A stretch of DNA of 64,000 nucleotides from Acidimicrobiia bacterium (GTDB lineage: Bacteria; Actinomycetota; Acidimicrobiia; Spongiisociales; ZC4RG35): positions 2,304,001 through 2,368,000 of the forward strand of contig CBDBCY010000004.1 of NCBI GenBank assembly GCA_965203555.1, read 5' to 3'. The notes beneath the pieces are model-generated. The model ran no database searches, had not been told where the DNA came from, and saw only the letters and a list, made by a program, of their open reading frames with translations. Of this stretch, positions 47,714-58,815 are shown in pieces (positions within the stretch are counted from its first letter, which is position 1; each line of letters opens with the position of its first letter). Both the position numbers and the translations under genes were made by a program.

Positions 47714-48238
47714 CTATCCGACCGCCCTCATGCGGGAGGGCTTGCTCTTGGCGGCCCGCCCGATGGCAATCCGCCCCGACTTGACCAACTCCACCACCCC
47801 GAAAGGCCGCAGGAGTTCTATCAGATCATTCAGTTTGGCTGGTCGGCCGGTCACCTCGAAGGTGAGGGTGTTGAAGCCCACATCAACCACGTTCGCTTTG
47901 AAGATGTTGGCCACCTCGATGGCTTCGGTCCGGGCGACGCCGATGGCCGAGACGCGGATCAGCATGGTCTCACGCTCCACCGCGGCGGAGGGCTCGAGTT
48001 CGAAGATCTTGACCACGTTGATCAGCTTGTGGAGTTGCTTCTTGACCTGTTCGATCTTTTCGGATTCCACCACCACGGTGATCCGGGAAAGGCCACGGTC
48101 AATGGTCGGACCCACTGCCAGGGAGTGGATGTTGAATCCCCTGCGGGCCAGAGTGGAAGAAACCCTGGCCAGCACGCCCGGGCGGTTTTCAACGACCAGG
48201 CTCAGAGTGTGTCGGGGTACGGGTGACTCTCTGGGCAT
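47714..48238 (-). CDS. ilvN: Acetolactate synthase small subunit
   Basis: 'HTLSLVVENRPGVLARV...RRGFNIHSLAVG', 'KQLHKLINVVK'. Confidence 0.95.
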   Translation of the reverse strand: MPRESPVPRHTLSLVVENRPGVLARVSSTLARRGFNIHSLAVGPTIDRGLSRITVVVESEKIEQVKKQLHKLINVVKIFELEPSAAVERETMLIRVSAIGVARTEAIEVANIFKANVVDVGFNTLTFEVTGRPAKLNDLIELLRPFGVVELVKSGRIAIGRAAKSKPSRMRAVG

Positions 48239-48240
48239 GG

Positions 48241-49944
48241 TCAATCTCCGGAATCCGGACCCAGGATCACCTGGTCGTTGGAGCCGCCGGCCGGAACCAT
48301 CGGGAAAACCATCTCCTCGCGGTCGACCACCATTTCCACCACCACCGGGCGGTCGTCGATCGACAACGACTTCTCCAAAGTGGGTTCCACCTCTTCGGGC
48401 GCCTCCGCCCGCAGTCCTATGCAGCCCATTCCCTCTGCCAACTTCACGTAGTCCACTACATCGGAGTTCAGCAGGCTGGAAGAGAGGCGACTTCCGTAAA
48501 AGAGTTTCTGCCACTGCTTCACCATTCCGTGGGCGTCGTTGTTAAAGACGACCACCTTGACGGGAATCCGGTAGGCGGCGGCGACTATCAGTTCCTGGAA
48601 GGTCATCTGGAAGCAACCGTCGCCGTCCACGGCGTAAACCAGCTCGTTCGGCATTCCGGCTTTGGCGCCGATTGCCGCCGGAACCGCAAATCCCATGGTC
48701 CCCAGGCCGCCCGAGTTGATCCAGCGTCGCGGCTGGTCGAACTTCCAGAACTGGGAGGCCCACATCTGGTGCTGTCCGACGCCCGCCACCAGGATGGCGT
48801 CTCCACCGGTGAGTCTTGCCAGTTCCTCGATTATGAACTGGGGCTTGATCGGGCCATCCGGCTGCTGGTCGTAAAACAGGGGGTATTTGTCCTGCCAACC
48901 GCGGAGGGTATCGATCCACTCCTGGTTGGCGAGGGGCGGTCGGTCACCCCAGGCCTTGATGAACTGGTTCAGAACCCGCTGGGCGTCCGCCACGATGGGA
49001 ACGTCAGGCTGCCGAACCTTTCCTATCTCCGCCGGGTCTATGTCAGCGTGGATGACTTTGGCGTCCACTGCGAAGTGCTGGGGGTCACCGGTGACCCGGT
49101 CGTCGAATCGCACTCCCACCGCCACCAGGATGTCGCATTTTTGCATGGAGGTTATGGCGGTGTAGTTGCCGTGCATTCCCGGCATCCCCAGGCAGAGCGG
49201 GTGGTCGTCAGATATGGCGCCCCTTCCCATCAGCGTGGTCACCACCGGTATGTTGGCCATCTCCGCGAAGCGGGTGAGGGCTTCCGACGCTTCGGCCTTG
49301 ATGATTCCTCCCCCCACGTAGAGCACCGGCCGTTCACTGCGGGCCAGCAGCTCAACAGCCTCTTTGACTCTTCGGGGGTGACCGTCCATGGTGGGTTTGT
49401 AACCGGGGAGATCCAGGTCTTCCGGTGGGCGCCACTCGGTTTCCTGGTTGAGCACGTCCTTGGGCAGATCGATCAATACCGGTCCGGGTCGACCGGATGA
49501 GGCCAGATGGAAGGCTTGGTGGACCACGGTCGGGATGTCGTCGGGATCGGTAACGAAGTAGTTGTGCTTGGTGGCGGGCATGGTGATCCCGACGGTGTAC
49601 GCCTCTTGGAAGGCGTCATTGCCCACCGCGTGAGTGGGCACCTGTCCGGTGATGGCCACCATGGGAACCGAGTCCATCAGCGCATCCGCCAGGGGCGTCA
49701 CCAGGTTGGTGGCGCCCGGACCCGAAGTGGCCATGCACACCCCCACCCGACCGGTGGCCCATGCGTACCCGGCCGCCATGTGACCGGCGCCCTGCTCGTG
49801 GCGGGCCATGACGTGGCGGATAGGGCTGAAATAGAGAGGGTCGTAGGCGGGAAGGATGGCGCCGCCCGGAATACCGAATATCAGGTCGACACCCTCGTGC
49901 TCCAGCGAGGAGATTATTGATTGCGCTCCGGTTGTTTTCGTCAT
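48241..49944 (-). CDS. ilvB: Acetolactate synthase large subunit
   Basis: '[10 protein letters not shown]', 'RHEQGAGH', 'TSGPGATN', 'GVGQHQMWA', 'SGGLGTMGF', 'DGDGCFQMT'. Confidence 0.97.
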   Translation of the reverse strand: MTKTTGAQSIISSLEHEGVDLIFGIPGGAILPAYDPLYFSPIRHVMARHEQGAGHMAAGYAWATGRVGVCMATSGPGATNLVTPLADALMDSVPMVAITGQVPTHAVGNDAFQEAYTVGITMPATKHNYFVTDPDDIPTVVHQAFHLASSGRPGPVLIDLPKDVLNQETEWRPPEDLDLPGYKPTMDGHPRRVKEAVELLARSERPVLYVGGGIIKAEASEALTRFAEMANIPVVTTLMGRGAISDDHPLCLGMPGMHGNYTAITSMQKCDILVAVGVRFDDRVTGDPQHFAVDAKVIHADIDPAEIGKVRQPDVPIVADAQRVLNQFIKAWGDRPPLANQEWIDTLRGWQDKYPLFYDQQPDGPIKPQFIIEELARLTGGDAILVAGVGQHQMWASQFWKFDQPRRWINSGGLGTMGFAVPAAIGAKAGMPNELVYAVDGDGCFQMTFQELIVAAAYRIPVKVVVFNNDAHGMVKQWQKLFYGSRLSSSLLNSDVVDYVKLAEGMGCIGLRAEAPEEVEPTLEKSLSIDDRPVVVEMVVDREEMVFPMVPAGGSNDQVILGPDSGD

Positions 49945-49969
49945 GGTGGTCGGCTTTCGTGAGGCTACC

Positions 49970-49998
49970 AAAAAGAAATCCCTCCTTGTGGAGGGATT
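49970..49998 (-). terminator. Attenuator terminator upstream of ilvB
   Basis: Minus strand AATCCCTCC-ACAA-GGAGGGATT followed by TCTTTTT. An upstream hairpin AGCGCACACG / CGTGTGCGCT lies at 50000-50025. Confidence 0.88.
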
Positions 49999-50023
49999 CA
50001 GCGCACACGGGTTTGCGTGTGCG

Positions 50024-50059
50024 CTACTCGAGTACCAGCAACAGGCCCATATGTCTCAT
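50024..50059 (-). CDS. ilvB operon leader peptide MRHMGLLLVLE
   Basis: Leu-Leu-Leu-Val-Leu run immediately before the paired hairpins. Promoter TTGCGA-17-CATAAT just upstream. Confidence 0.85.
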   Translation of the reverse strand: MRHMGLLLVLE

Positions 50060-50161
50060 TGATTGCACATTATGGTATGTCTTGGGCAAACTCGCAACTC
50101 AGAGAGCAAAAGTCCCGGGGTTTCATTTATCTTTAAAGGGATATGACGCGGGCGTTGTTCC

Positions 50162-51436
50162 ATGAAGTACGGACCTGAAGACTTTCAGGCAGCCTCGGAG
50201 TGGGCGCTGTTGGCCGTGAAAGCCATGTCTGCAGAGCAGGTACCTCACAACCTGCGAAAGATACGCGCCTCTTCGAACCGTCGGTTGACGCCAGTGCAAA
50301 CGCGAACTCTCTACCGTGAACTGAACAAGAACGAGCAACTTCGCCAAAGCACCCTGGAAGTCTTGGAGACGTCGGCTGGAGAAGCTGGGCCGCTGTCTAC
50401 AGATCACGACCCGCGTCTGACGGCGTCACGCCTTTTTCTGGCCCGCCCGGACGGATGGGAAAGAGATGTCGGGCGCCTTGTGACCGAGGCCAAGCTGGAA
50501 GATACCGGTGAGGAGGCGAGGATCCTGCGGCGCCGACTCGATGAGGCGCGGTTGGAGATAGACAAACTCAAGAAACAGGCGAAGAAGTCGCAGCGGGCGT
50601 CCTCCGCTCGACTCCGGCGCGATACTCGACAACTCCGCCGCGATCTGGAGCGTTCCAAGAGAAGGAGTCGAGATTTGGAGAGCGAGCTTTCCAAACAGCG
50701 GCAGGCGAATCGTGACCTCGACAAGGAGTTGGAGGCAGCCTTCGACGAACTGGATTTGGCCGATGCGCGGGTGAAGGAATTGCGCAGGTTGGTGGGAAAG
50801 GAGCGGTCCTCCCATTCATCCTCGCCGAGCACCGGCCATGATGGGCGGGTAGACGGGCTGAGCCGCAATCCCCTGGAAACTGCTCGGATGCTGGATCAGA
50901 TGGTGAGCTTTTGGGAAATGGGACAGGGCTTCGACTCCCATCCGGTCGCCTCGTCTCCCCGATTGGAGGTTCCGGCGGGGATCGATCCCAAGTCGGGCGA
51001 TGCGGTGCGATGGGTTTACGACCACGCTCCCCGGCTCACCCTGGTGGTGGACGGGTGGAATGCCGCCTATCACTGGCAATATCACCAGAACCCTTCCAAA
51101 GATCCCGACCAGAGAACTATCGAGTTTCTTACCAACAGGCTGGACAGGCTGGCCAGATACTCGGTGGGAAAACACCGGGTGAGCTTCTATCTGGATTCGG
51201 AACACGCCAAGGGATGGAACGCTGAAGGTGACAACCGATTCAAGAACGGCTCCCTTACCGGTCGCTACGTGGAGGATGCCGACAACGCCATCGTTGCCGA
51301 GGCTGCTCAGCGAGCCGACCAGCCGGTGGTGGTGATCACCAATGACCAGGAACTGACCGATCGCTGCCGGGCGCACGGGGCGGTGGTGCTGGATTCGAAG
51401 GCTTTGGCGGAGTGGATGGCGTACTCATCGGTCTGA
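50162..51436 (+). CDS. Coiled-coil protein with C-terminal NYN (YacP-like PIN) domain
   Basis: Long heptad region, then 'LVVDGWNAA', 'ADNAIV', 'VVVITNDQEL..RCRAHGA'. Confidence 0.8.
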   Translation: MKYGPEDFQAASEWALLAVKAMSAEQVPHNLRKIRASSNRRLTPVQTRTLYRELNKNEQLRQSTLEVLETSAGEAGPLSTDHDPRLTASRLFLARPDGWERDVGRLVTEAKLEDTGEEARILRRRLDEARLEIDKLKKQAKKSQRASSARLRRDTRQLRRDLERSKRRSRDLESELSKQRQANRDLDKELEAAFDELDLADARVKELRRLVGKERSSHSSSPSTGHDGRVDGLSRNPLETARMLDQMVSFWEMGQGFDSHPVASSPRLEVPAGIDPKSGDAVRWVYDHAPRLTLVVDGWNAAYHWQYHQNPSKDPDQRTIEFLTNRLDRLARYSVGKHRVSFYLDSEHAKGWNAEGDNRFKNGSLTGRYVEDADNAIVAEAAQRADQPVVVITNDQELTDRCRAHGAVVLDSKALAEWMAYSSV

Positions 51437-52527
51437 GCCACCGGCTTCTGGCCCGGGGCCTCGAATACGGTCTGGACCGGGTGGGAGTCTGTTCGGCGGA
51501 CCCCTTTGCCGATACCCGGTTGGTGATCCGCTCTCGAAAGACCGAGGGTCTGTCGGCCCGGCTGGGATTCACCTTCACCGATCCGGACGTGTCCACCGAT
51601 ATAAGACGGTCTTTTCCCTGGGCCGAGCGTCTGGTGGTGGGGATACGTGCCTACCTACCGGCCGCCGGCGATCCCGGTGAAGGCTCGGCGGGGCGGGGTC
51701 GGGTGGCCCGCTTTGCGGTGGCCGACTCCTATCTGCCTCTTCGAGCCGGTCTGGGCGCCGTTGCTTCGGAGTTGCGCAACTCCGGTTTCCGGGCGGAAGT
51801 GCTGGCGGACGACTCAAGGCTGGTGGACCGAGCAGCGGCGGTGCGAGCCGGGGTGGGGTGGTGGGGAAAGAGCACCATGGTGCTGGCCCCGGGCGCGGGA
51901 CCCTGGTTTCTCATCGGATCCGTGGTGACCGACGCCCGCCTGCCGACCTCGCAGCCGATGGAACGAACCTGCGGAACCTGTACCGCCTGTCTGCCGGCCT
52001 GTCCCACCGGGGCTCTGATTGCGCCGGGGGTGCTGGACGCCCGGTTGTGCCTGGCGGCGCTGGCGCAGAGCCCGGGAGTCATTCCCCGAGACCTGCGGCC
52101 CTTCATGGAGGATCGAATCTACGGATGCGACGAATGCCTGGCCGCCTGCCCTCCGGGTGGTCGGTTGATGGACAGGGCTGTTGCATCCCGCGGATCGGTC
52201 GATCTGGTGGAACTTCTGCGCAGAGCCGACCGGGAACTCCTGGATGAATTCACTCACTTCTATATGCCCTCTCGCCGTCCTCGCGTCCTGCGGCGCAATG
52301 CGCTGGTGGCGCTGGGAAACACCGGAACCGCCGATCACCTGGGAATAGTGGGCGGCTATTTGGGTCATCCCGATTGGCTGTTGCGGCTTCACGCGGTGTG
52401 GGCGGTACACAATCTGGGTGTAAGGTTTTCTCTTCGTTGGGCGGCTCTGTTCCTGCGTCACGCCGCCTCCCGGGAGAAGTCACCGGAGGTGAGGGAGGAA
52501 TTGGCCCTGGCCGGGGTGGATGTGTGA
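51412..52527 (+). CDS. queG: Epoxyqueuosine reductase
   Basis: 'DRAAAVRAGVGWWGK', 'CGTCTACLPACPTGA', 'DARLC', 'IYGCDECLAACP', 'RRNALVALGN'. Confidence 0.92.
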   Translation: MDGVLIGLSHRLLARGLEYGLDRVGVCSADPFADTRLVIRSRKTEGLSARLGFTFTDPDVSTDIRRSFPWAERLVVGIRAYLPAAGDPGEGSAGRGRVARFAVADSYLPLRAGLGAVASELRNSGFRAEVLADDSRLVDRAAAVRAGVGWWGKSTMVLAPGAGPWFLIGSVVTDARLPTSQPMERTCGTCTACLPACPTGALIAPGVLDARLCLAALAQSPGVIPRDLRPFMEDRIYGCDECLAACPPGGRLMDRAVASRGSVDLVELLRRADRELLDEFTHFYMPSRRPRVLRRNALVALGNTGTADHLGIVGGYLGHPDWLLRLHAVWAVHNLGVRFSLRWAALFLRHAASREKSPEVREELALAGVDV

Positions 52528-52625
52528 AAACAACAGGGGAACCCTACGCCCAGTTGGGCTACGGCGTTTTTGGCTAAAGCAACGAGGAGGGGAAGTTGGT
52601 AACCAGGGTTCGCTAGTTTTCCTTC

Positions 52626-53345
52626 ATGATGAAGATTGATTCCCGGCTTGTCCTCCTCGCCATCTTGGTAGCGGCCGCCATAGCGGTGGGATGGAGCATG
52701 GTGGGAGACCGGGACTCGGAAGCGCCCGTCGTGTCGGAGACTGTCACCGCTGCTTCCCCGTCGGCCACCGCCGCTTCGCAAGACGGCGCTGCCGGATCCG
52801 ATCCCACCGTTACGACGGTTGCACCCACCACCGCGCCGACCACCACCACTGCCGCCCCCACCACTACCACCACCATTGCTACTCCGGAGGTGCTGCAAGA
52901 AGTGCATTCCCGACTGGTGGACATCGACGGGTGGTTGCAGTCGGAGGTGGAGAGTCTTGAGGAGTTGCGTGGACAGGTAGTGATCGTGGAGTTCTGGACT
53001 TTCGGGTGCTACAACTGCAAGAACCGCATACCCTACACCCAGGAGATCTACGCCAAACACCGTGATCGGGGTCTCGAAATCGTCGGTATCCATTCCCCGG
53101 AATTCAAATTCGAAGAGGATGTGGAGAACATCAAGGAGGCAATGGTTGATTTGGGAGTCACGTGGCCGGTGGTGCTCGACACCAGGCGGAAGACGTTCTG
53201 GGAGTGGCAGACGGGCGGTCGAGCCTACTGGCCGCGCACCTACGTGCTGGACCGGGACGGCAGAGTGCGGTTCGACCACATCGGGGAGGGCAAGTACCAG
53301 GAGCTGGAGCAGACCGTAATCTTCTTGCTCGATGAGGAGATGTGA
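52626..53345 (+). CDS. Membrane-anchored redoxin (DipZ-like thioredoxin domain)
   Basis: 'EFWTFGCYNC', 'GIHSPEF', 'YWPRTY', 'HIGEGKY'. Confidence 0.88.
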   Translation: MMKIDSRLVLLAILVAAAIAVGWSMVGDRDSEAPVVSETVTAASPSATAASQDGAAGSDPTVTTVAPTTAPTTTTAAPTTTTTIATPEVLQEVHSRLVDIDGWLQSEVESLEELRGQVVIVEFWTFGCYNCKNRIPYTQEIYAKHRDRGLEIVGIHSPEFKFEEDVENIKEAMVDLGVTWPVVLDTRRKTFWEWQTGGRAYWPRTYVLDRDGRVRFDHIGEGKYQELEQTVIFLLDEEM

Positions 53346-53923
53346 GCCTCTTCGCGGAGGGGATCCGCTCGAGTCTGCTGCCCTGTTCCTATTCCGTGCT
53401 GCTGGTCGGCTTGGCGCTGGTAGTGCTCAGGAAGAAGGAGCGGATAGGGGCGTTGGGGGTTTTTGCTTCTTTCACGATCCTTTCGGCGTGGATCAGGGCT
53501 GCGGGTATTTCGAACCTGCTCGCCGGGCGGGCGGCAACCACCCTGCTGGTGGTGGGGGGATTGGCGCTGGCGCTGTTGGTGAATCACCGGCGGGCCGGCC
53601 TGGCGGCGGCTGCCCTGATCGGGACGTTCGCCGGCGCCACCTGGCTGCCATGTGTGGGGAAGGAACTGGGAACGGTGCTCACCCTCGCCCAGGATGAACC
53701 GGCCACCGCTGCATTGCTTTTGGGTGTGTATCTGATCGGGGTCATGGTCCCCCTGGTGGCCGTGGTGGCCCTGCTTGCCTACGTTCCGGTCGCCGGCCGA
53801 TGGGCGGACAGCAAGGGAGTCGCAGTCGTCGCCAAATCGGCGATGGCCGCAGTGGCGGTCCTGGTGCTAATCGATTACTACGACACGCTGCTCTCCACCC
53901 TGGCCCGGTGGTCGGTGGTTTGA
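53342..53923 (+). CDS. CcdA/DsbD-like membrane protein
   Basis: Two Pro-Cys motifs ('LLPCS', 'WLPCVG') in a hydrophobic protein coupled to the redoxin. Confidence 0.7.
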   Translation: MSLFAEGIRSSLLPCSYSVLLVGLALVVLRKKERIGALGVFASFTILSAWIRAAGISNLLAGRAATTLLVVGGLALALLVNHRRAGLAAAALIGTFAGATWLPCVGKELGTVLTLAQDEPATAALLLGVYLIGVMVPLVAVVALLAYVPVAGRWADSKGVAVVAKSAMAAVAVLVLIDYYDTLLSTLARWSVV

Positions 53924-54003
53924 AGAGGACATTCGGTTCTGGATTTGGATGGATGAGCCCCCGTGGAGGGACCTCCGCCCTGGAGGACGCTTATTATCGG
54001 GAT

Positions 54004-55677
54004 ATGTCTCTCAAGATTCATTCCCAGGACGTAACCGAAGGACCGGCCCGCGCGGGAGCGCGGGCCATGTTGCGGGCGGTAGGCCTATCCGACGAGGACT
54101 TCACCAAGCCACAGGTAGGGGTGGTTTCAGCGGGTAACGAAGTGACCCCCTGCAATGTCACAGGTCCGGTCCTTGCCGAGCGGGCAAAGGAAGGAGTTCG
54201 AGTCGGAGGGGGAGTGGGACTCTCCTTTGCCACCATTGCGGTCTCCGACGGCATCTCAATGGGTCACGAGGGGATGCGGGCCTCCCTGGTTTCCCGGGAA
54301 GTGATCGCCGATTCGGTGGAGTTGGTGACTCACGCCGAACGCTTCGACGCCCTGGTGACCATCGCCGGTTGCGACAAATCCCTTCCCGGGATGCTGATGG
54401 CTGCCGCCCGGTCGAATCTCCCTGCGGTGTTTCTGTACGGTGGCTCCAGTTTGCCTGGCCGCTATCGGGGTCGGGATATTTCCATCGTGGATGTTTTCGA
54501 GGGCATCGGCGCCGAGTCGCAGGGGAGAATCAGCTCCCAGGACCTTGACGAGATCGAGCGCAACGCCTGTCCGGGCGCCGGTTCCTGCGCGGGGATGTTC
54601 ACCGCCAACACCATGGCCTCGGTGGGCGAAGCGATCGGGATGTCGCTTCCCGGCTCGGCCTCCGTCCCGGCGGTTGACACCCGTCTGGAGGTGTACGCCC
54701 GAAAAAGCGGCGAAGCGGTGATGAACCTGCTCGAGCAGGGTATACGCCCTCGCCAGATAATGACCCGTCCTGCTTTCGAAAATGCCATCGCCACCGTTAT
54801 GGCCCTGGGGGGATCCACCAACGCGGTCCTGCATCTCATGGCTCTGGCCCACGAAGCCGGGGTGGAACTGGAACTGGAGGACTTCGACCGGATCAGCCGT
54901 CGCACGCCTCACATCGGCGACATGAAGCCCTTTGGCGCCTATCACATGGTGGACATTGACTACATCGGCGGTGTCCCGGCGGTGTTGCGGGTTCTTTGGG
55001 ATGAAGGGTTTCTACACGGTGACTGTCTGACGGTCACGGGCAGGACCATGGCCGAGAACCTCAAGGACGTGACGGCGCCCAGCGGTCAGAGGGTATTGCG
55101 TCCGGTGTCGGCGCCGATCGCCGCCGAGGGAGGCATTGCGGTGCTCCGTGGTTCCCTGGCGCCAAGGGGAGCGGTGGTAAAAGTGGCCGGGGTGGCTCTC
55201 GAGGTGTTTGAAGGCCCGGCCCGGGTATTCAATGGGGAGCAGGGCGCTCTGGCGGAGCTCTTTGCCGGAAACATCAACCCGGGGGAGGTGGTGGTCATCC
55301 GCACAGAGGGTCCGCGGGGCGGGCCGGGTATGAGGGAGATGCTGGCCATCACTGCCGCCATCAAGGGCGCCGGCCTGGGCAAAGACGTCCTGTTGATCAC
55401 CGATGGACGCTTCTCCGGCGGCACCACCGGTCTGTGTATCGGTCATGTGGCCCCCGAGTCGGAGGTGGGAGGCCCGATCGGCCTGGTGGAGGAAGGCGAC
55501 CGGGTCAGGGTGGATGTGGCTGCGCGGCGTTTGGACCTGCTGGTGGCAGAAGATGTACTGGAAAAACGACGGGCGGGCTGGAAGCCGGCCCCGGTTCGCT
55601 ATCCGTCCGGCGCCCTCGCCAAATACGCCAATCTGGTGGGTGGAGCAGAGAACGGAGCGGTCACCAACCACTTTTAG
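54004..55677 (+). CDS. ilvD: Dihydroxy-acid dehydratase
   Basis: 'TPCN', '[12 protein letters not shown]', 'GCDKSLPG', '[10 protein letters not shown]', '[10 protein letters not shown]', 'TDGRFSGGT'. Confidence 0.97.
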   Translation: MSLKIHSQDVTEGPARAGARAMLRAVGLSDEDFTKPQVGVVSAGNEVTPCNVTGPVLAERAKEGVRVGGGVGLSFATIAVSDGISMGHEGMRASLVSREVIADSVELVTHAERFDALVTIAGCDKSLPGMLMAAARSNLPAVFLYGGSSLPGRYRGRDISIVDVFEGIGAESQGRISSQDLDEIERNACPGAGSCAGMFTANTMASVGEAIGMSLPGSASVPAVDTRLEVYARKSGEAVMNLLEQGIRPRQIMTRPAFENAIATVMALGGSTNAVLHLMALAHEAGVELELEDFDRISRRTPHIGDMKPFGAYHMVDIDYIGGVPAVLRVLWDEGFLHGDCLTVTGRTMAENLKDVTAPSGQRVLRPVSAPIAAEGGIAVLRGSLAPRGAVVKVAGVALEVFEGPARVFNGEQGALAELFAGNINPGEVVVIRTEGPRGGPGMREMLAITAAIKGAGLGKDVLLITDGRFSGGTTGLCIGHVAPESEVGGPIGLVEEGDRVRVDVAARRLDLLVAEDVLEKRRAGWKPAPVRYPSGALAKYANLVGGAENGAVTNHF

Positions 55678-55682
55678 CAGCT

Positions 55683-56486
55683 TTGTTGTTGGTATCGGAC
55701 ATCCATGGCCGCTTCGACGCCTTGGCGGAGGTGGCTTCCCGGGGCGAACCTCTCCTGGTGCTGGGCGACCTCATCAACCTGGTCGATTACCGGACGGGGG
55801 AGGGCATCTTCGCCCAGATTCTCGGTATCGAATTCGCCAGGAAAATCGCCTTCTCCAGGGGGCGTTCCCGGTTTGAGGAAATGAGGGCGCTGTGGGCGGA
55901 AAGGGTGGGCGACCGGTACGAATGGTTCCGCACCGAGCTGGTCGAGGAGGTCAAGGAACAGTACCGATTGACGGCGAAGGCCCTGGCGGGGGCGGAATCC
56001 TATGTCACTTACGGAAATGTGGACCGGCCGGAGATGCTGCGTGACTGTCTGCCCGACTCTGCCCGGTTCGTGGACGGGGAGGTGGTGATTATCGAAGATT
56101 TCCGGGTGGGTTTCGCCGGCGGCGGGCTCACTACTCCCATGAACGCTTCCGGGGAGGTCTCGGATGAGGAGATGGCCGAAAAATTGGCTGCTTTGGGTGA
56201 GGTGGACATCCTTTGCACTCACTTGGCGCCGGCCATACCGGCGCTGCACTTCGACGTGGTGACGGGAAAACCGGAACGGGCCTCCCGACCGATTCTGGAG
56301 TACGTGCTGCAAGTCCGCCCCCGTTATCACTTCTTCGGTGACGTCCACCAACCTCAGGCCCACCAATGGCGGGTGGGGTCCACTCTGTGCCGGAATGTAG
56401 GATATTTTCGGGCCACCCGTCGGCCGGTGAAGGTCACGCCCGACGGGATCATAGAAGGCCGCCGGGCGGAGGTTTCCCATGGATAG
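55683..56486 (+). CDS. Metallophosphoesterase
   Basis: 'VSDIHG', 'LGDLIN', 'YGNVD', 'ILCTH', 'FGDVH'. Start approximate. Confidence 0.85.
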   Translation: MLLVSDIHGRFDALAEVASRGEPLLVLGDLINLVDYRTGEGIFAQILGIEFARKIAFSRGRSRFEEMRALWAERVGDRYEWFRTELVEEVKEQYRLTAKALAGAESYVTYGNVDRPEMLRDCLPDSARFVDGEVVIIEDFRVGFAGGGLTTPMNASGEVSDEEMAEKLAALGEVDILCTHLAPAIPALHFDVVTGKPERASRPILEYVLQVRPRYHFFGDVHQPQAHQWRVGSTLCRNVGYFRATRRPVKVTPDGIIEGRRAEVSHG

Positions 56487-56853
56487 AGTGATCAAAACGG
56501 CGGCCGGACTGGTGGCCGCGGGGCCGCAACTTGCCAAATTGGTGACGAGACTGGCCCGTGATCCCAGGGTCCCCGTTCGGGCCAAACGCCTGGCCGCCGG
56601 TTTGGCCGTGTACGCAGTGCTTCCCATTGACCTGATTCCGGATCTGATACCGGTAATTGGCGTGGTTGACGACCTGCTGGCCTTGGTGGTGGCTCTGGCG
56701 ATACTGGTCGAGTCGTCCCCCAAGGATGTGGTGGCCGAACACTGGGACGGGACGCCGGAGGCACTGGGAAGGATCCTCCTGGGGGTGGGTCTGTTGATGG
56801 ACTTCATGCCCGGACGGATACGGTGGGTGATTCGAAGGCTGGTGGGAGAGTGA
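56479..56853 (+). CDS. DUF1232 (YkvA) family protein
   Basis: 'DPRVP', 'YAVLPIDLIPDLIPVIGVVDDL'. Confidence 0.92.
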   Translation: MDRVIKTAAGLVAAGPQLAKLVTRLARDPRVPVRAKRLAAGLAVYAVLPIDLIPDLIPVIGVVDDLLALVVALAILVESSPKDVVAEHWDGTPEALGRILLGVGLLMDFMPGRIRWVIRRLVGE

Positions 56854-56863
56854 TCGCCCCCCT

Positions 56864-57628
56864 ATGAATATCCCGGTCTGGACAGTGCTCCCCCTGTTCC
56901 AGTCGTCGCCCCGGGAACTGATCGGCATGGTTAGCGCCGTGGAATCGTTGGGCCTGACCGGAGTGGTCGCCACCGATCATCTGGCCGGCTGGCGGAATCC
57001 GGCGGGTCCGGTGTTGGAGGCCACAACGGTGCTGGGCATGGTGGGGGCCGTTGCGGAATGTCGGGTGGGTTCCCTGGTGCTGCAGACCGCCCTTCGACGG
57101 CCCTCCTACACAGCCGATGTGGTCGAGACCCTGGCCGCCATCAGCCGGGCCTCGCCCCTGATCGGCCTGGGTGTCGGAGACTCCCGCTCGCGCCGGGAAG
57201 TCCAAACCCTTGGAATCGAATTGCCTCCCCTACCGGAGCGGATTGCTCGCTTGAAGGAGACGATCGCCACGATCCGATCCCGCACTCCTCACGTCGAGAT
57301 ATGGGTAGGCGGATGGCGTCCCGAACTGCGGGAAGTGGCCGCTGAATACGCGGACGGATGGAACGCATGGGGCGGAGAGTCGGCAGCCTTCAGGACTGCC
57401 GTCGATCAGGTGAAGAGCATGAACCCCGGTCTGCTGATCAGTTGGGGGGCTGTTTTGGACACCAACCAAGATGCCGACTCTCTACGCAGGACCTTGATTC
57501 GGAGAGTAGAGGCCGGCGCCGAAACGCTGGTGGTGGCGCTCACTCCCCCCCGGGTCGCAACTTTCCGCAGGTGGGCCCCGCTACTGTTCGGTCATACTTG
57601 CTTCCAAACCGCGCCGGGTTCTTATTAA
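56864..57628 (+). CDS. LLM-class flavin-dependent oxidoreductase
   Basis: 'VVATDHL', 'VGSLVL...RRP', 'IWVGG', 'YADGWN'. Confidence 0.82.
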   Translation: MNIPVWTVLPLFQSSPRELIGMVSAVESLGLTGVVATDHLAGWRNPAGPVLEATTVLGMVGAVAECRVGSLVLQTALRRPSYTADVVETLAAISRASPLIGLGVGDSRSRREVQTLGIELPPLPERIARLKETIATIRSRTPHVEIWVGGWRPELREVAAEYADGWNAWGGESAAFRTAVDQVKSMNPGLLISWGAVLDTNQDADSLRRTLIRRVEAGAETLVVALTPPRVATFRRWAPLLFGHTCFQTAPGSY

Positions 57629-57640
57629 CCTTCGGTGACA

Positions 57641-58813
57641 ATGGACTTCCGACGCGTTCACAACCTCCCGCCCTATGTGTTCGCTCAGGTTGATCAAGCC
57701 AAGATCGCCGCTCGGCGGGCAGGCGAAGATGTGGTGGATCTGGGATTCGGAAATCCCGATATCCCATCACCTCCTTTTGTGGTGGAGAAACTGGTGGAAG
57801 CGGCCCGCAAAGGCAAGAATCACCGTTACTCCGCATCCCGGGGCCTTCCCAACCTGCGACAGGCCATCGCCGATCGCTACCTTCGCCGTTTCGGTGTGCA
57901 ACTGGATCCCGAGACCCAGGCGGTGGCCACCATCGGCGCCAAGGAGGGCCTGTCCCACCTGTTGTGGACCCTGGTCGATTCGGGAGACACCACTGTGGTT
58001 CCCGAGCCTTCCTATCCGATCCACATTTATGCTCCGGTGCTGGCCGGTTCGGATGTGGTCCGTCTTCCCGTGACGTCGGAATCCGAATATTTTGAAAGGC
58101 TGGACGATCTGTTCCGGTCCTCTTGGCCCAAGCCCAGGGTGATCATCGTCTCCTTCCCACACAATCCCACCACCACCTGCGTGGAACTGCCCTTCTTCGA
58201 GCGGTTGGTGGCCTTCGCTCACCACCATGGAGTATTCCTGGTCCATGACTTCGCTTACGCCGACATTCACTTCGACGGGTACCGGCCACCTTCCCTCCTG
58301 CAGGTGGAAGGGGCCGATGAGGTGGGGGTCGAACTGTACAGCCTGACCAAGGGACATTCCATGGCCGGATGGAGGATGGGATTCGTGATCGGCAACGCTG
58401 CGGCCGTGGCCGCCCTGGCCAAGCTCAAGTCCTATCTCGACTACGGCACATTCCAGCCCATCCAGATCGCATCCATCGTTGCTGTCAATTTCGGTGATGA
58501 GCATGTGGAGAGAGTCAGGTCCCTCTACATCGAGCGTCGCGACACATTGGTGGACGGCCTGAACAACTCCGGGTGGAAGGTGCTGCGACCCCAGGGCACC
58601 ATGTTCGTGTGGGCGCCCATTCCCGAGCCGTACCTGGAGATGGGATCGGTGGAATTCTCGCTGCACCTGTTGCGGCACGGCAAAGTGGCGGTCAGTCCCG
58701 GTATCGGATTCGGCCCCACCGGGAACGGACACGTTCGCTTTGCATTGGTGGAAAACCGTCAGCGGATCGCTCAGGCGGTGACCAGTTTGCGCCGCACTCT
58801 CGAACTTCTCTAG
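57641..58813 (+). CDS. Class I/II PLP aminotransferase (AlaC-like)
   Basis: 'LPPYVF', 'TIGAKEG', 'FPHNPT', 'HDFAY', 'SLTKGHSMAGWRMG'. Confidence 0.92.
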   Translation: MDFRRVHNLPPYVFAQVDQAKIAARRAGEDVVDLGFGNPDIPSPPFVVEKLVEAARKGKNHRYSASRGLPNLRQAIADRYLRRFGVQLDPETQAVATIGAKEGLSHLLWTLVDSGDTTVVPEPSYPIHIYAPVLAGSDVVRLPVTSESEYFERLDDLFRSSWPKPRVIIVSFPHNPTTTCVELPFFERLVAFAHHHGVFLVHDFAYADIHFDGYRPPSLLQVEGADEVGVELYSLTKGHSMAGWRMGFVIGNAAAVAALAKLKSYLDYGTFQPIQIASIVAVNFGDEHVERVRSLYIERRDTLVDGLNNSGWKVLRPQGTMFVWAPIPEPYLEMGSVEFSLHLLRHGKVAVSPGIGFGPTGNGHVRFALVENRQRIAQAVTSLRRTLELL

Positions 58814-58815
58814 CC

